Origin: Ministeria vibrans ATCC 50519
Taxonomy: Eukaryota > Protista > Filasterea
Direction of reading: 5' to 3'
DNA: 64,000 nucleotides
Assembly (NCBI GenBank): GCA_943704425.1
Contig: CALSCP010000556.1
Coordinates: 31,517-95,516 of the forward strand
Shown: in pieces, positions 11,626 to 23,607 of the stretch
Layout of the letters: each line of letters opens with the position of its first letter
How positions within the stretch are numbered: the first letter of the stretch is position 1
Made by a program: the position numbers and the translations under genes
The notes under the pieces: generated by a model
The model's input: only the letters and a program-made list of their open reading frames with translations
What the model was told of the DNA's origin: nothing
Database searches by the model: none

Positions 11626-12738
11626 ATGTCCGAATTTTCGTCGGTCGCCCCAGACTTCAGTGGCCAGCTCCTGATCAAGGTTGCCTACCACGACGACATC
11701 CGTCGCCTGGCTATCCACAACGAGGTCAGACAAGCTCGTCAGCCCACACACTCAACCTTCCCCGTCTCTCTCTCCCCTCTCGCTCTACGACAGGACCTCA
11801 CCGTCGACGAGCTTGCCATCATGCTCCAGCGCATCTTCCGCACCAAGCTACGCGCCACCGACGACTTCTTCATTAAGTATCGCGATGCAGGTTTGAGAAC
11901 TTCCCATTGAAAAGCACTTGCCGCCCTCTCACTCGCCCCATCTGCCCGCCATCCAGACGGCGACCTCGTCACCATTGCCGACAACGCCGACCTGAGCCTT
12001 GCCAAGAGTCTCTGTCGCTTCCGCCTGAGCATTGTCGTGTATGACGTGGCGCCCAAGGAGTCGCTCAAGACAGTCAAGGACATCACCAAGGCCATTCGCG
12101 ACGAACTGCACGAAAGCCACGAGCGCATTGAGACCCTCCTGCGCCATCTCAACGACCTCACCGCCACCACTGCCGCCGCCACTTCGCTCGTTGAGTCCGT
12201 TGCAAGCGGTGCCACCACCAACGCTGCGGCGGCCCTTGATCGCGAGCAGAAGCGCAGTCTGTCCAACAGCGAAGCCATCAATGCCTTTGATCCCATGTCC
12301 ACCCACGCTCCCGCCCCCACATCAACTACCACAGCCGCTGCACCAGCACTCAGTGACGACGACGTACGTGCCTACCTGGACATGCAACAGCCACAGGCAC
12401 AGCAACAGCAACAGCCACAGCCACAGCCACAGCCACAGCCACAGCAACAGCCACAGCAACAGCCACAGCAACAGCCACAGCAACAGCAACAGCCACAGCC
12501 ACAACCGCCCGTCTCATCCGCCCCAACACCAGCACCAGCAGCATCCACTCCACCGCAACCCCACTCCCAACCTCAATACCTTGCCAACCCCCAATTCCAA
12601 CCTCCACCACAAAACTACCTCGCATCCTACATCCCCCCACAACAACCCTCCAACACTCTTCCCCCTTCCTCCTACAACCCTCCCCCATCCGCCTCCACTC
12701 AACTCCCTTACACTTACTACTATCCCCCACCCAAATAA
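11626..12738 (+). CDS. TFG: TFG-like protein (PB1 domain, coiled coil, P/Q-rich tail), 3 exons
   Basis: DFSGQLLIKVAYHDDIRRLAIHNE|DLTVDELAIMLQRIFR...IKYRDA|DGDLVTIAD closely matches the recalled animal TFG PB1 domain; (CAGCCA/CAGCAA)n Q/P tract at ~12385-12505. Confidence 0.88.
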
Positions 12739-12769
12739 TAATCAAAATACACCATTCATATTATATTGC

Positions 12770-13167
12770 TCAACTCACACACAAAATGGGTCGGACAATG
12801 GCACAAAAACGCTCGAGACGCTCCTCAAACATTCTTCGCATCACCCGACTTGTCACAATGGGCTTCAACGTGGCATCTCCATTCCCTCCTTCTCCTCCTC
12901 CCAGTAACAACACCGTCTGCACCGCCCGACAGAACCGCTCGTGGACCACTGCATCGCCCGCAAGTGACTCAGCCGCACTCCCAATCATCCCGACAAACCC
13001 ATTGGGATCCGCACAGTAAAGTGAGAATAGTGCGTCTCCTGCGTCCCCCATCAAAAGAGTGTTCATCGGCAGTCGACACACCAGCTCAAACAGCGCTGAC
13101 CGCATCTCAATCAACTGCCCACTCACAACCTACACACACACACACACACACATACTCACAAATATTA

Positions 13168-13246
<79 letters not shown>

Positions 13247-16200
13247 NNNNNNNNNNGGAACGCACAGAAAAAAAAAAAAAAAGCGCACGTCGTTGTCCGC
13301 GAGGTCCTCACAATCGGGCGTGTACCGCTCCTTCTCGGCCGCCGACTCTACTTTTATGCTGTTCAAACCGCTCTGCGCTGTCTTGCGGCACCGTCTCACC
13401 CGCCCGATCGCTCTTGTAGGTTCAAGTTGAAAGCATTCTCAAAATTCGACGACACCACCGTCGCCCTGGCCGCGTCCACAGCCATTTCTGAGGGGAAAAT
13501 GGACGAACAAATGGTACGCCGACTGTGTGCCCCTCAAACCCACTTGGATTCGTTTTACTCGTGTCAACAGTTCTCCTTTTTTTTTTTTTTTTTTTCTTTC
13601 GTACTGTTTCATTCATCCTTTTGATCACTGCATGTTCGCGCGGCACGCCGACCGCAGCACCCCTCACCCGATGCTGTATTGACTCGCCCCTGTTTCTGTT
13701 TCTCCCGTGCGCCCTTCAGGAAGCGTTCCTGCGCGAGAACATCCTCGACAAGAAGCTCAAGGACAAGCTCGCTGTCGCCGATGCCAAGCTCGGGAGCTCC
13801 ATCAAGGAGGCGCTGGGGATCAGCTGTGTCAACGACGAGATTGTGCGTGAACTCATGCGCGGCGTCCGCGAGCAAATGTCCTCTCTTGTCACAGGTTAGG
13901 AAATGAGTACACACACACACACACACAAATACGACTGTACTGACTCACCTCTGAGACAGAGGAAGGCGACGAAGCAGCCTCACTGGCCATTCCTGAGATA
14001 CTCTCGAGACTTTTGCGAGCAGCGTCCATTCCAAACGTACCATAGATGGCCTGTACCAGCGCTCGGTAGACCCGGTGCGCGAGCACAGGTGGGAGGAGAC
14101 GTAGCTGGTCTGCGTGCGTCTCGCAGACATGTGCAAGCACTTGAAAAAATTCAGTGGCGAGCGAAGGGTCACGGAGGGTCGAAACGGTAACAAAGGGAAG
14201 AAGGTGCTGCAGTGCACGCACAACCACCGCACCCACGTCGGTCTCTCCATCACCGCTACTGTCGTGAACGAGCACCTCGCATGCCAGATCAAGGTAGTCG
14301 CGTGACAGTAAGTGGCTCATGAGCGTCAGAAGCATTCGAAGGTTCTCCGTGTGTCCACTGAGCGACCGCTCTCGTTCTCCTCCGCGATTTTCTTTGCCAT
14401 CTCTCCCTCCTCCTTCACCTTGGCCATCACCGCCATCGTCGTCAAACGACGCAATGCTAAACTCCTGATGGTTTTCGCTGTACACACGCACTGCATCAAG
14501 CGACGCCGAGAGCACCTGTGCCAGCTCAAGGGCCGGTAGATAGGGCACAGTGTGTAGCACAAAGGCAACCGAGGCATCCAGCGCACTGTCGACCACCGCA
14601 CACGACACGTCCGCACGGTACACGACAAAAAGAAAAGGCAGTGCTTGCAGCAGAGGATACACACACGCGTAGATGCCACTCCAGTTATCACTTGTGGTTG
14701 ACCCCGATACGCCACGTAAAATGTCGCACACAGCAATGAGCGAAAGCATCACAGCGGGCTCTTGAGCGGTCCGTGCGGCAAATCCGTCGCCCGACACAAT
14801 GTGTGTGAGTGTCTCGGTCGCCGTCGCGTGCCACAGGGCCTTCACCGAGTGATGCGGGTCCTGGGCATCCGCTGCGTTTGCCGTAATTCCCGCCGCCACA
14901 CTCCGGCGCACCTCTGAGGCCATATTCGCCGTGGATGGGTCCAGTAGCTGGCGCGCCAGCAAAACCAATTGCCCCGACTGTACGGTACAGCGACGTGCGC
15001 ACGCCCCCACATCCGACAGCGCCAACAGCAACCCGGCTGTCTCGGCTGCGACCGCCCGTTCGCCGGCCCACGCGTGCAGATTCAATGAAATCTTCCGCAG
15101 CATCATGTCGACGTAGGCAGGGCCGTAGGTGTCGCAGCCGTACGCACTCACAAGAGTCCGGCTGAACACACGGTTGCCGGACTCACGGTCGTCGTGCATC
15201 AAGTAGGTGTGAACCCAGCGCGCCAAGAACCACGCACAGGTCTCGGCAAGCGACGGCGATACCAGGCCCACCGCACCCCGTTCGAGAAACGTGTTCTCCA
15301 GCTCGGCCACACCCAGCGCAGTCTGTGCCAAGCGCACCACCGGGTTGGTCTGACCATCGTCGGCGTCGGGTCCCACACAGGCGCCTTGCTCCGAGGGCTC
15401 CTCGCCCGTGCGCACCCGACAGTACCGCACAATCTCGTCGGGCACCACGGCTCGTTCGCCCGAACTGTCGTCGGCAAGCGTATAGCCTGTGACCAGCAGA
15501 ATCCAGTGCAGTCGTTCGGCAAGCACCGGTGGGACGGCGGTATCACCAGCAGCCGCCACCGCTCGCAACTGCTCAATTCCTTCGCCGCACATGGTCTGCA
15601 GAATGCCCACACACGGCTCCAGGGCAACGCGCGCCAGAGCCGCCACACCACCCAACTGTTCGGCATACTGTTCAATGTCGCCGTCGACACAGTCCTCGTC
15701 AATGTCGTCGTCGAGCTCGGCGTCGCGCTCTGCCGCCCGCATACGCGACTCGACATACGACCGGAACACATGCTCGGCATAGGGTGTCCAAAAGCCCGAT
15801 GGGATCTCACTGACAGACTGGGTGAGCAGAACCCAGCCATCGAGAAACACGGTGAGCGCCTCGTCGCACCACTGCGTGGAGGGCTCGTCGACATCGCCAC
15901 ACACGCCGTGGCGCATGGCCGCCACCGTAGCCCGCGTGAGCATGTGCAGAAACGACTGGACGACGGGCGCTTGATCGTGCGTGCACAGGTAGGCCATATC
16001 GCATTGGATCACGAGGGCCGACACAGCGTGCGCCAGGGTGTGCAGGTCGACAGCGACGTCGTACAGCTCCGCGCCCAAAGACTGACTTGCCTCAGCGGCT
16101 GTCTCTGCCAGCGCCACACTGTCGCCCATCACGCGCTCCAGCGCCCCCATCACTCGTACGCGGTACTGATGAATGTCACCCTTGCTCGCAAAGACGGGTC

Positions 16201-17164
16201 CGCGCAGTGAAGCAAGGCGCATGAGGCACTGGCCAGTGTGCAGCAGTGCGCTGTCGGCATTGTTGCATCGACGCAACAGCGTGTGAAGCTCGACGAGCGT
16301 CTCAAGGGTCTGTCCTTCAACAAGCATCGCATGCCAGTTTCCATCGGGCGAGAGAGGTGGCAGCTTGTTGGGTGCCAACGAGGTGTTGTCGATGCCAGCG
16401 GTGAAGCGGCGTGGCGCGGCCGACGACGACGTTGAGGGTGCTTCGCAAAACGTCCACAGCAGCACTGCTTCGCAAAGTTGTGCGTACGCGGCAATCACAT
16501 TGAGTGTGTCGCTACCAAGCGGTGTGGTGGCAGCAGCAGCAGTGGTGGTGTGTACTCGGAGGCAGTCGAGCGCAAGCGAAAAGACACTGGTGAGAGCGGG
16601 TCCTTCAAAAGCGCGTTTGCACTCTTCGTGCGTCTCCCAGGCGAGTCCCAGACACGTGGCCTTTTCCGGACTGGCAAACTCGTGGAGGAGGGCCAGGAGG
16701 AGGGCGCAGGCGAGGCGCTGGAGCGCCACCGAGTCGGTGCGCGCCAAACCAACAGCCTGTTCAAACACGAGATTTCGTGCGGCGGCGCCGTCTTCGCCCG
16801 GATCAAGCCAGCTTCGCTTGACCACAACCGCCACGGTGATGAGCAGCTGTTCGCGCACAAAGGGACGCAGCGTGCCGGCTGTGGCGCGCGACGAGAGGAA
16901 CCCAATGCACTGCGCACACAACTGAGTCGTTCGCGAGCGCGGCACGTCGTTCCACAGACGCACCACGGCCGCCTTGAGACCCGACGCAGCATGGAACAGC
17001 AGGTAGTCGTGCTGCGTCTGCTCCAGGAGTGCGCACAGGCTCTCGAGAGGCGCATTGGCCAGCGCCAGCAGAGTCGATTCCGCTGCCTTGCGCTGCTGGG
17101 GCGTCACCATATTCGACATGGATTGCGCCAGCGAGGCGGCCGCCTCCAAGTGGGGGACGTCCAT
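12770..17164 (-). CDS. XPO4: Exportin-4; exons 17164-13949 and 13129-12770
   Basis: Importin-beta-like N-terminus (QRKAAESTLL, YLLFHAASGLKAAVVR, KRSWLD, HEECKRAFE, LHWILLVTGYTLADD). Phase-0 intron GTGAGT(13948)..TAG(13130) joins ...SVSE|VVSGQL..., ending FCAIVRPILCVS like the XPO4 C-terminus. Confidence 0.9.
13421..13894 (+). other. NOP58: Two-exon internal fragment of NOP58 (box C/D snoRNP protein) with no start or stop, inside the XPO4 intron
   Basis: FKLKAFSKFDDTTVALAASTAISEGKM..|EAFLRENILDKKLKDKLAVADAKLGSSIKEALGISCVNDEIVRELMRGVREQM; clean GT-AG intron at ~13513-13719. Confidence 0.8.
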
Positions 17165-17278
17165 GATGAAAAGGTAAGTGAATAAAATAAATTCGAATCG
17201 ATTTATTCGATCTTTTACTTTTTAACTATTAGTTGTTGCTCTCTCTCGCTGTCTCATTGGTGTCTCATTGACACGGAT

Positions 17279-17812
17279 ATGATCCTTCCGAAACAAACAA
17301 ACCGCCTTGACTTTCGTGCATGGACCAGCGACGACTTGAGCTTGGCGACGGCGATCTTTGGCGACGCGACTGTCAACACATATGTTGGAGGGGCTCTTGC
17401 CACAGAGGCGATTCAGGGGCGTCTAGCGGGGGAACTCGCCAACCAGAACACGCATCACGTTGCCTACTGGCCGATCACGCTCCGGGAAGAGTCGCGCGAC
17501 ATTGGCTGCTGCGGATTGCGACCGCGCACTCCGTCTGTGTATGAATTGGGGTTTTACCTTCTCCCCGCCGCCTGGGGGAGCGGATACGCTGTGGAAGCCG
17601 CCCAAAGTGTGATCCGGCATGCTTTTACCGCACTGGGTGCCTCAGCGCTGTTTGCCGGGCATCATCCGGAGAACACAAGCTCAAAGCGCACTCTTGAACG
17701 ACTGCACTTTCGATTCACCCACTGCGAACTCTACGCGCCCACCGGTCTGCAACATCCAAGCTACACCCTGACACAACAAGACTTCGACGATGATACCGTT
17801 ACACACCGATAA
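17279..17812 (+). CDS. RimJ/RimL-family GNAT N-acetyltransferase, intronless, bacterial-like
   Basis: TNRLDFRAW, IGCCGLRP, YELGFYLLPAAWGSGYAVEAA, FAGHHPENTSSKRTLERLHF. Confidence 0.88.
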   Translation: MILPKQTNRLDFRAWTSDDLSLATAIFGDATVNTYVGGALATEAIQGRLAGELANQNTHHVAYWPITLREESRDIGCCGLRPRTPSVYELGFYLLPAAWGSGYAVEAAQSVIRHAFTALGASALFAGHHPENTSSKRTLERLHFRFTHCELYAPTGLQHPSYTLTQQDFDDDTVTHR

Positions 17813-17852
17813 TAACTGTGCATGATCACTCGAAATGGATAAAAATTAACTT

Positions 17853-19175
17853 TTACACTTGCATTGGCACTGGGCCTGTGGGGACTGCGCCCGATTGGAG
17901 AAGCAGCTCCAAGCGCTGTACCTCTTCCAATGTCTTTGCACTCGCAATCGCATTCTATACATAAAAAAAAAACAATCATAATTAGGTATCAATATTAGTT
18001 GTAAGCACACACACACATACTCTAATTTTGGCGAGATCTTCAGCAGAGGGACCAGCCGGCACAACGGGAGCAGCAACACCGTCGGCCGCATCAGCCTGAG
18101 CACTCACAAGCAACACACTATCCTTCCCACTGCTCGAGCCAAAGAGACGCTTTGCCTCGGCTCTCTCGTGGGGACGCACACGACGGAAGTCAAGCATGGT
18201 CACTGAGGGGAGTGTGTGGATCACAAACAGACGGTAGTGCGTGTGCTTGGTGACGTCGTTGCCCACCAGTGACAGTCGTTTCAATGTCTTCAGTGTTCCA
18301 AGTGGTTCCAAATCTGCCAAGTTTTTCAACTGCGAAAGACAATGATAAGCAAAGGATGAAGAAGGAATGAAAGGAGAGAGCAAGTCGAGAGAGTGAAGGA
18401 CGAAGAAGGATGCGAAAAGAGGAGTGAACAGGACAATCATGAGTGAGATATGTCAGTAAGAAAGTATGAGGTTAATCATGTGTGATGGATGAGCGAGTCG
18501 GTGAGAGAGTGGCGGAACAAGGATCAAATATGTAAACGAGAGTGAGACACACAACACTATAATATAATAATAATTCCTTCGTACGTTATTTCCCGTCAGA
18601 ATCAAATCTTCAAGAATAGGCAACTGTGTCTGCAGGTGGGGAGCAATGCGGGTGATTTTGTTGTTGTTGAGGACGAGTGTGCGGAGTCGTTTGAGCTGGG
18701 GAAAGCCGTCCAGTTTGACAATGAGGTTGTCCGACAGATCCATCACATCAAATTGGTCGTCTGTCGTCCCCAGGTTCTCGATCACCGTCACTTTGCATGC
18801 TGCAGACGTCGCATGGGTCGTGTGCAACAGGAGGAGGGTTAGAGCGGGCGCGTGGAGTGTCGTTTGAGTCGAAGAGAGACGAAAGAACGAAAAGAAAAAA
18901 AAAAAAAGAGCCATGTTCGAAAAAATCAAACGTGAAAGAAAAATAATATAACAACAACAACAACAACAATGGCCTCACTGCACGCAGACAGCGCGATCCA
19001 GCCGCAGCCAAACGGCCAGGTGGAACGCGTCGTCCGTCAACAGTGGAACATACAAACGACGATTTTTTTTTTTGTGTTTTGTGTGTGTTGTCCTACCGCG
19101 CAAGTCGATCTCTCGTTCCCGCAAAGGATTGATAAACTGTGGTGCCCCAGCGATAATATCAGCTGTAAGACGCAT
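17853..19175 (-). CDS. SNRPA1: U2 snRNP protein A', 4 exons
   Basis: MRLTADIIAGAPQFINPLREREIDLR|..IENLGTTDDQFDVMDLSDN..LRRs..YRLFVIHTLP..LDFRRV..|NAIASAKTLEEVQRLE; TAA at 17853-17855. Confidence 0.95.
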
Positions 19176-19321
19176 TGTGCCAGAAATAATAATAATGAGT
19201 TGAGTTAATGAGTGATCAGTGAACTCATCAACTCAACACACTATTTATCACTCTAGAACGCATTCACTTCTACGACGTTACCCCCTTTGGATCATAATTA
19301 TCAGTATCATTCACTGCACCT

Positions 19322-21238
19322 ATGGCGCGTCACAGTAACAGGTATGGAAACTCCGCGTTTCCGTCTTTGATGCGCTGTTGACCTTCCGCCGTCTCTTTGC
19401 TCGTAGCGAGAGCTTCGTTGAGTCCCGCCGTGCCACACACAATGCACTGGAGCGAAAGCGGAGAATCTTCCAGAAGGAGCGACTCACAGAGGTGCGTGTG
19501 TGTCCAATAAGGAGAGAGAGAAAGATGTATTTTTTTTTTCTCCCCACAACGACTCATCTTTTTTTTTTATGTCTCATCTCACACCGGTCGATGGCAGCTT
19601 CGCGACGCTGTTCCCTCGCTGAAGACGGAGAAACCATCGACTGTTGAGATCCTTGAGAGTGCGTCGGAGCATATTGGCGCGCTGAAACTGCGGCATTTGC
19701 GACAGGTAAAAAAATGTGTGGTTGGTTGTGCAGTCTTTGTGTTGTGTTGTGTGTTTGTGTGTGTCTCAACTCAGTTGTGTGCAGGAACGCGAAGTGGCCG
19801 CGCTCTGTGGCGAGAACATCACTCTTACCAAGGACTTGCTTGGGAAGAACGCTGATGGACAAACAAAGGGTCTGAACGAACAGGTTAGGAATATAATCAA
19901 TCAATCATAAGGAGCTCATTGACTCACACCTTTATGCATCTTTGACCAGTTGGACTTTTTGGAAAGAGTGCGTCAAATGAAGAGTCGCGTGTACGTTCGT
20001 CTCACTGGCAAACACGCACTTCCATCCACTTCCTCAAACACCACTACCACCACGACGACGACATCTACTTCGACGGCAAGTGGAATGCGCTCTCCGGGAC
20101 GAAAGAGAGCACACACATTCTCTGTTGGCGAATCGTAAGGACCGAGACCCACTTTGTCGCGCACACACTGACTTTGTTCCTTTATGTTTTCTTTTTTACT
20201 CCATCACTGTGCTAATCTCTCCATCACTTTGCTTGTTTTTCCCTCCTCCCTCTACCACCTTACTTGTTTCTCCCTCTACCACCTTACTTGTTTCTCCCTG
20301 TATCACTTTGCTTGTTTCTCCCTCCTCTCTCTCTATCACTTTACTTGTTTCTCTCTCCTCCCTCTATCACCTTACTTGTTTCTCCCTCCTTTATAATATT
20401 TTTCTGTTTGGGTGTGATAGAGTGAAACGGGTCAAGACGGACGGTCCGGAAATGAATCGATATGACTCTGCAACAGCCGAAGACGCGCAGCTCATGGCCG
20501 ACTTCTTTGAGACAGTGCGAAAGAACAGTGTGTCACTGCAATTGCAACAGCAACAGTCAAAGCAGAGTGACGGGAATGGGTCAAATGTTACCACCACAAC
20601 CACAACAACTATAACTACCGCGACCGAGAGTGAGGGAGATGTTGACGGTGGCGTGAGTGTGAGTGCGTCGCGTGCTCCGTCGTGTCCACCCGAGCTCAAC
20701 ACAGAGCGCACGACACAGCAACAAGAGGCAGCGGCGGGAGGAGAAGCTGCGGATCGGCGACGACTGACGACACTGAGTGTGATGGAAGATGGAGGGGATG
20801 ATGAGGAGGAAGACGAAGATGAGGCGTTGAGGGATGCAGTGAAGCAGGCGATTGAGACAGGCTTTGGCGATGAGGAAGACGACGATGAACAAGACACAGC
20901 GGAGCAGGATGAGACTGCAGCAAAGAGTGATGTGGCTACAAGTGGGAGTGGAGTGCGGAGAGTGCGGCTAGCGGAGGATCAGCATGACTCGGCGGAGGAG
21001 CCTGCGTGTGCGTGTGGGAAGCCCTGGGATGGACGGTGCGACGAACAAAGTGCTATAATGTTTAATTTTCTCTGTTCTTATTCTTCTTTTTTTGATTAGG
21101 TTTATGGTGCACTGTGTTGCTTGTCAGCATTGGTTTCATGGTGACTGTGTTGGAGTGTTGCCGCGTCGTGTGCCGCCTCAGTGGCGATGTGAGAACTGTC
21201 TTAAGGTGAAGGGTTCGCCTAAGAAAATGAAAGAGTAG
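19322..21238 (+). CDS. Max/Myc/Mad-like bHLH-ZIP protein with acidic linker and C-terminal PHD finger, ~7 exons
   Basis: RRATHNALERKRRIFQKERLTE|LRDAVPSLKTEKPSTVEILESASEHI; last exons splice to CACGKPWDGR|FMVHCVACQHWFHGDCVG..WRCENC (C4HC3); TAG at 21236-21238. Confidence 0.82.
20200..20390 (+). repeat. Intronic minisatellite, ~24-bp unit (..ATCACCTTACTTGTTTCTCCCTCT..)
   Basis: About 7 imperfect copies within an intron of the bHLH-PHD gene. Confidence 0.8.
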
Positions 21239-21525
21239 TCAACTGTTTGGTTTTGTGTGTTTGTGAAGAAAACTTGTCAAAATGACATTCTATTCATCAA
21301 GAGGCCCAACCTGCTGATCGGAGGGACGACATAGTTTAACGATTTGAAGATACAACTCCAAGAATTAATTGATTAATCTCAAATACTACAACTGCCCCGT
21401 CTCTTTCGTTAATCCATAATTGTAAAACAATAGTGTTCATTATTGTATTAGAGTGAAAGCACATATCTGTCAAACTCGCCAGTCGTTGAAAAGTAAAGTC
21501 AAAGATCAAAATTATTTTATTCATC

Positions 21526-22846
21526 ATGCCGAAAAGAAAGCGATCGTACGCCCCCAAGGCCGTCAGACAGTATCACAGTAGCAGTGAGGATGAGGACGAG
21601 AGCGGCGGGGAGGACGAAGGACGCGTCCTTGCGATGGACGGTGTCTTTGAGACTGGTGACGACGATTACGGCGAGGTGGATGAAAACGCATCGGAGGACG
21701 ACGAGGAGGACGACGAGGAGGACGACGACGACGATGAAGAGTGGCAGTCGGGAGATGAAAGCTTTGTGACTGCTTCAGAGGGCGCAGGGGCAAGCGAGGA
21801 CTCGGACGAAGAGGTTGTCGAAACGGTACGGAAACAGAAACGCGTGGAACGACAATCGCCGCGCGCAAGGCTTCTCGCTGCTGAGGAGGAGGTTGCTGAT
21901 GGGGATGATGACGAGAGCGAGGACGAGGCGGAGTCGGAGGAGGTGGATGAAGGGAGTGCGGACGAGGATGAAGTGGGACGCGACGAGAAGGCCCAACGTG
22001 TTGGCATTGCGCCGCGTGCTGCCCTTGCAGACGCCATGCAGCGCATCATTGGGGGCTATGCTACTGTCGGAGAGGTAAGTTGGAGTCGATGGGGCCCTGG
22101 CGTGAGCTCATGCAACGCCTGTGTAGAATCCAATTTTGGCCAAAGATCAGCGGAGCTCTGTCAAGATTGCGCAGGAAAAACGCGAAGCCAAAGCACTGGT
22201 ACAAACGACAAAGAGCAACTTATACATCATAGTGTGTAATCTTTGGGGCTGTTCTTTTTGTGGGTGGTGTGTGTTGTTGTGTAGCGTGCTCGCATTGCAA
22301 AGAACCGCACCGTGCGCAATGCGGCTCATGTGATTCCGGACATTCGCGGACGCGCAGACGACTTGAGACTGCGAAAGATTGCCACCAAAGGAGGTACCAC
22401 AAACGAGCAGCAAGTGTGTATTTTTACAACTTGCTCTTTTGTTTTTGTTTTTAGTGGTGACGCTGTTTAATGCGGTGAGTCAACAGCAGAAAACGGCTGA
22501 GAGCGCCGATCCGCTGTTGTCGACAAAAGAGCAAAAGAGAAAATCGGACAAGTCAGTGCAGAGTCTGTCAAAATCGGGATTTCTCGATTTACTGCGGGGC
22601 AACAACAAAGACGCAACAAAGCAAAAGAAAGACACACAAGAAGCAGAGGAAGACGAGACGGAGAAGAAGAAGACGAAGAAGGCGAAGACGAGCAGTGGAT
22701 GGGGCGTCTTTGACGAGGACTATGTCAACACAAAGGCAACCATGCGCGACTGGGGACGGACGGAGGACGACGATGGAGGCGCTGCTGGAGAGCGCGAGAA
22801 AGAGGCGTATTATGACGAGAATGAGATTGAGTATGAGGATGATTAA
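21526..22846 (+). CDS. RRP15: Ribosome biogenesis protein RRP15, 4 exons
   Basis: Acidic N-terminus; LADAMQRII; DLRLRKIATKG|VVTLFNAV; LSKSGFLDLL; GWGVFDEDY..MRDW. Confidence 0.9.
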
Positions 22847-23041
22847 AATTTTCTATTCATTTCTCTGATGATCACAATATTTGTTATGCTTAATTTGTAG
22901 CTGAGACAAATACGGCTGTATACTTGACAGTTGACGCTGTAGATTGAAAGAGTTTTTTTTTAAAAAAAAAAAACAAAAACATGAAGAAACACGCCAAAAA
23001 ATCATTTGGAGCCCCAAAAAATAAAATTTCACACAAGAACC

Positions 23042-23050
23042 AAAAAAAAA
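23042..23050 (-). terminator. Pol III oligo-T terminator of the 5S gene
   Basis: T9 immediately 3' of the 5S end on the minus strand. Confidence 0.7.
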
Positions 23051-23172
23051 GGTGTGCGACACCCCCCGTTCACATCTGGTCTCCCACGATATTACTTGCG
23101 AAGGCTTGCACGAGCTTAACTTGAGTGTTCGGAAGAGAACTCGTGTTTCNNNNNNNNNAGAATGGCGGTACC
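23051..23172 (-). rRNA. 5S rRNA, divergent, interrupted by a 9-N gap
   Basis: Reverse complement: GGTACCGCCATTCT-N9-GAAACAC..CCGAAC..AAGTTAAGC..GCAAGTAATATCGTGGGAGACC..GAAC..GGTGTCGCACACC followed by T9; ~120 nt with A-box and C-box-like motifs. Confidence 0.8.
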
Positions 23173-23607
23173 TGCAGTGGTTCGGACGCGGCAAGTTAAT
23201 ATTAAACAATAGACTTTACACAGTGAAAATAAAATAATCTCACATCTGGAACCAGAGCTTGTATCGGCGGGTTCAACCACCCCGCAACAACCGCATGCTA
23301 TAGCCAATAATTGCTATTCATTCTTTTGAATCTTTTCCGTTTTTGGAAGTTAATGTCTGTCGTCTGAGGATAATTTCAGTGACTAACGTGATAATTTACA
23401 TAAACTAAAATATAACCCGCAATTCTTTGTTTGTTTTCACCTGCTTCTGTGTCGCCTGGTTTTTCACCGAAAATGTGTGAGAAAGTCTGAAAGTGTGTGA
23501 GAATGTGTGCAAGTGTGTGTGTATGAACATTGTGGTAATCTTAAAGAGTCATGAGCTGTTGTTGAGATGAGAGAAAGGAGAAAGTTTTATACATGAGAGT
23601 TTGACTC

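Noticed and set aside
23175-23305. B-box-like GGTTCAACC hairpin beside the 5S as a tRNA or spliced-leader RNA
   Set aside because: No cloverleaf, convincing A-box, or donor plus Sm site.
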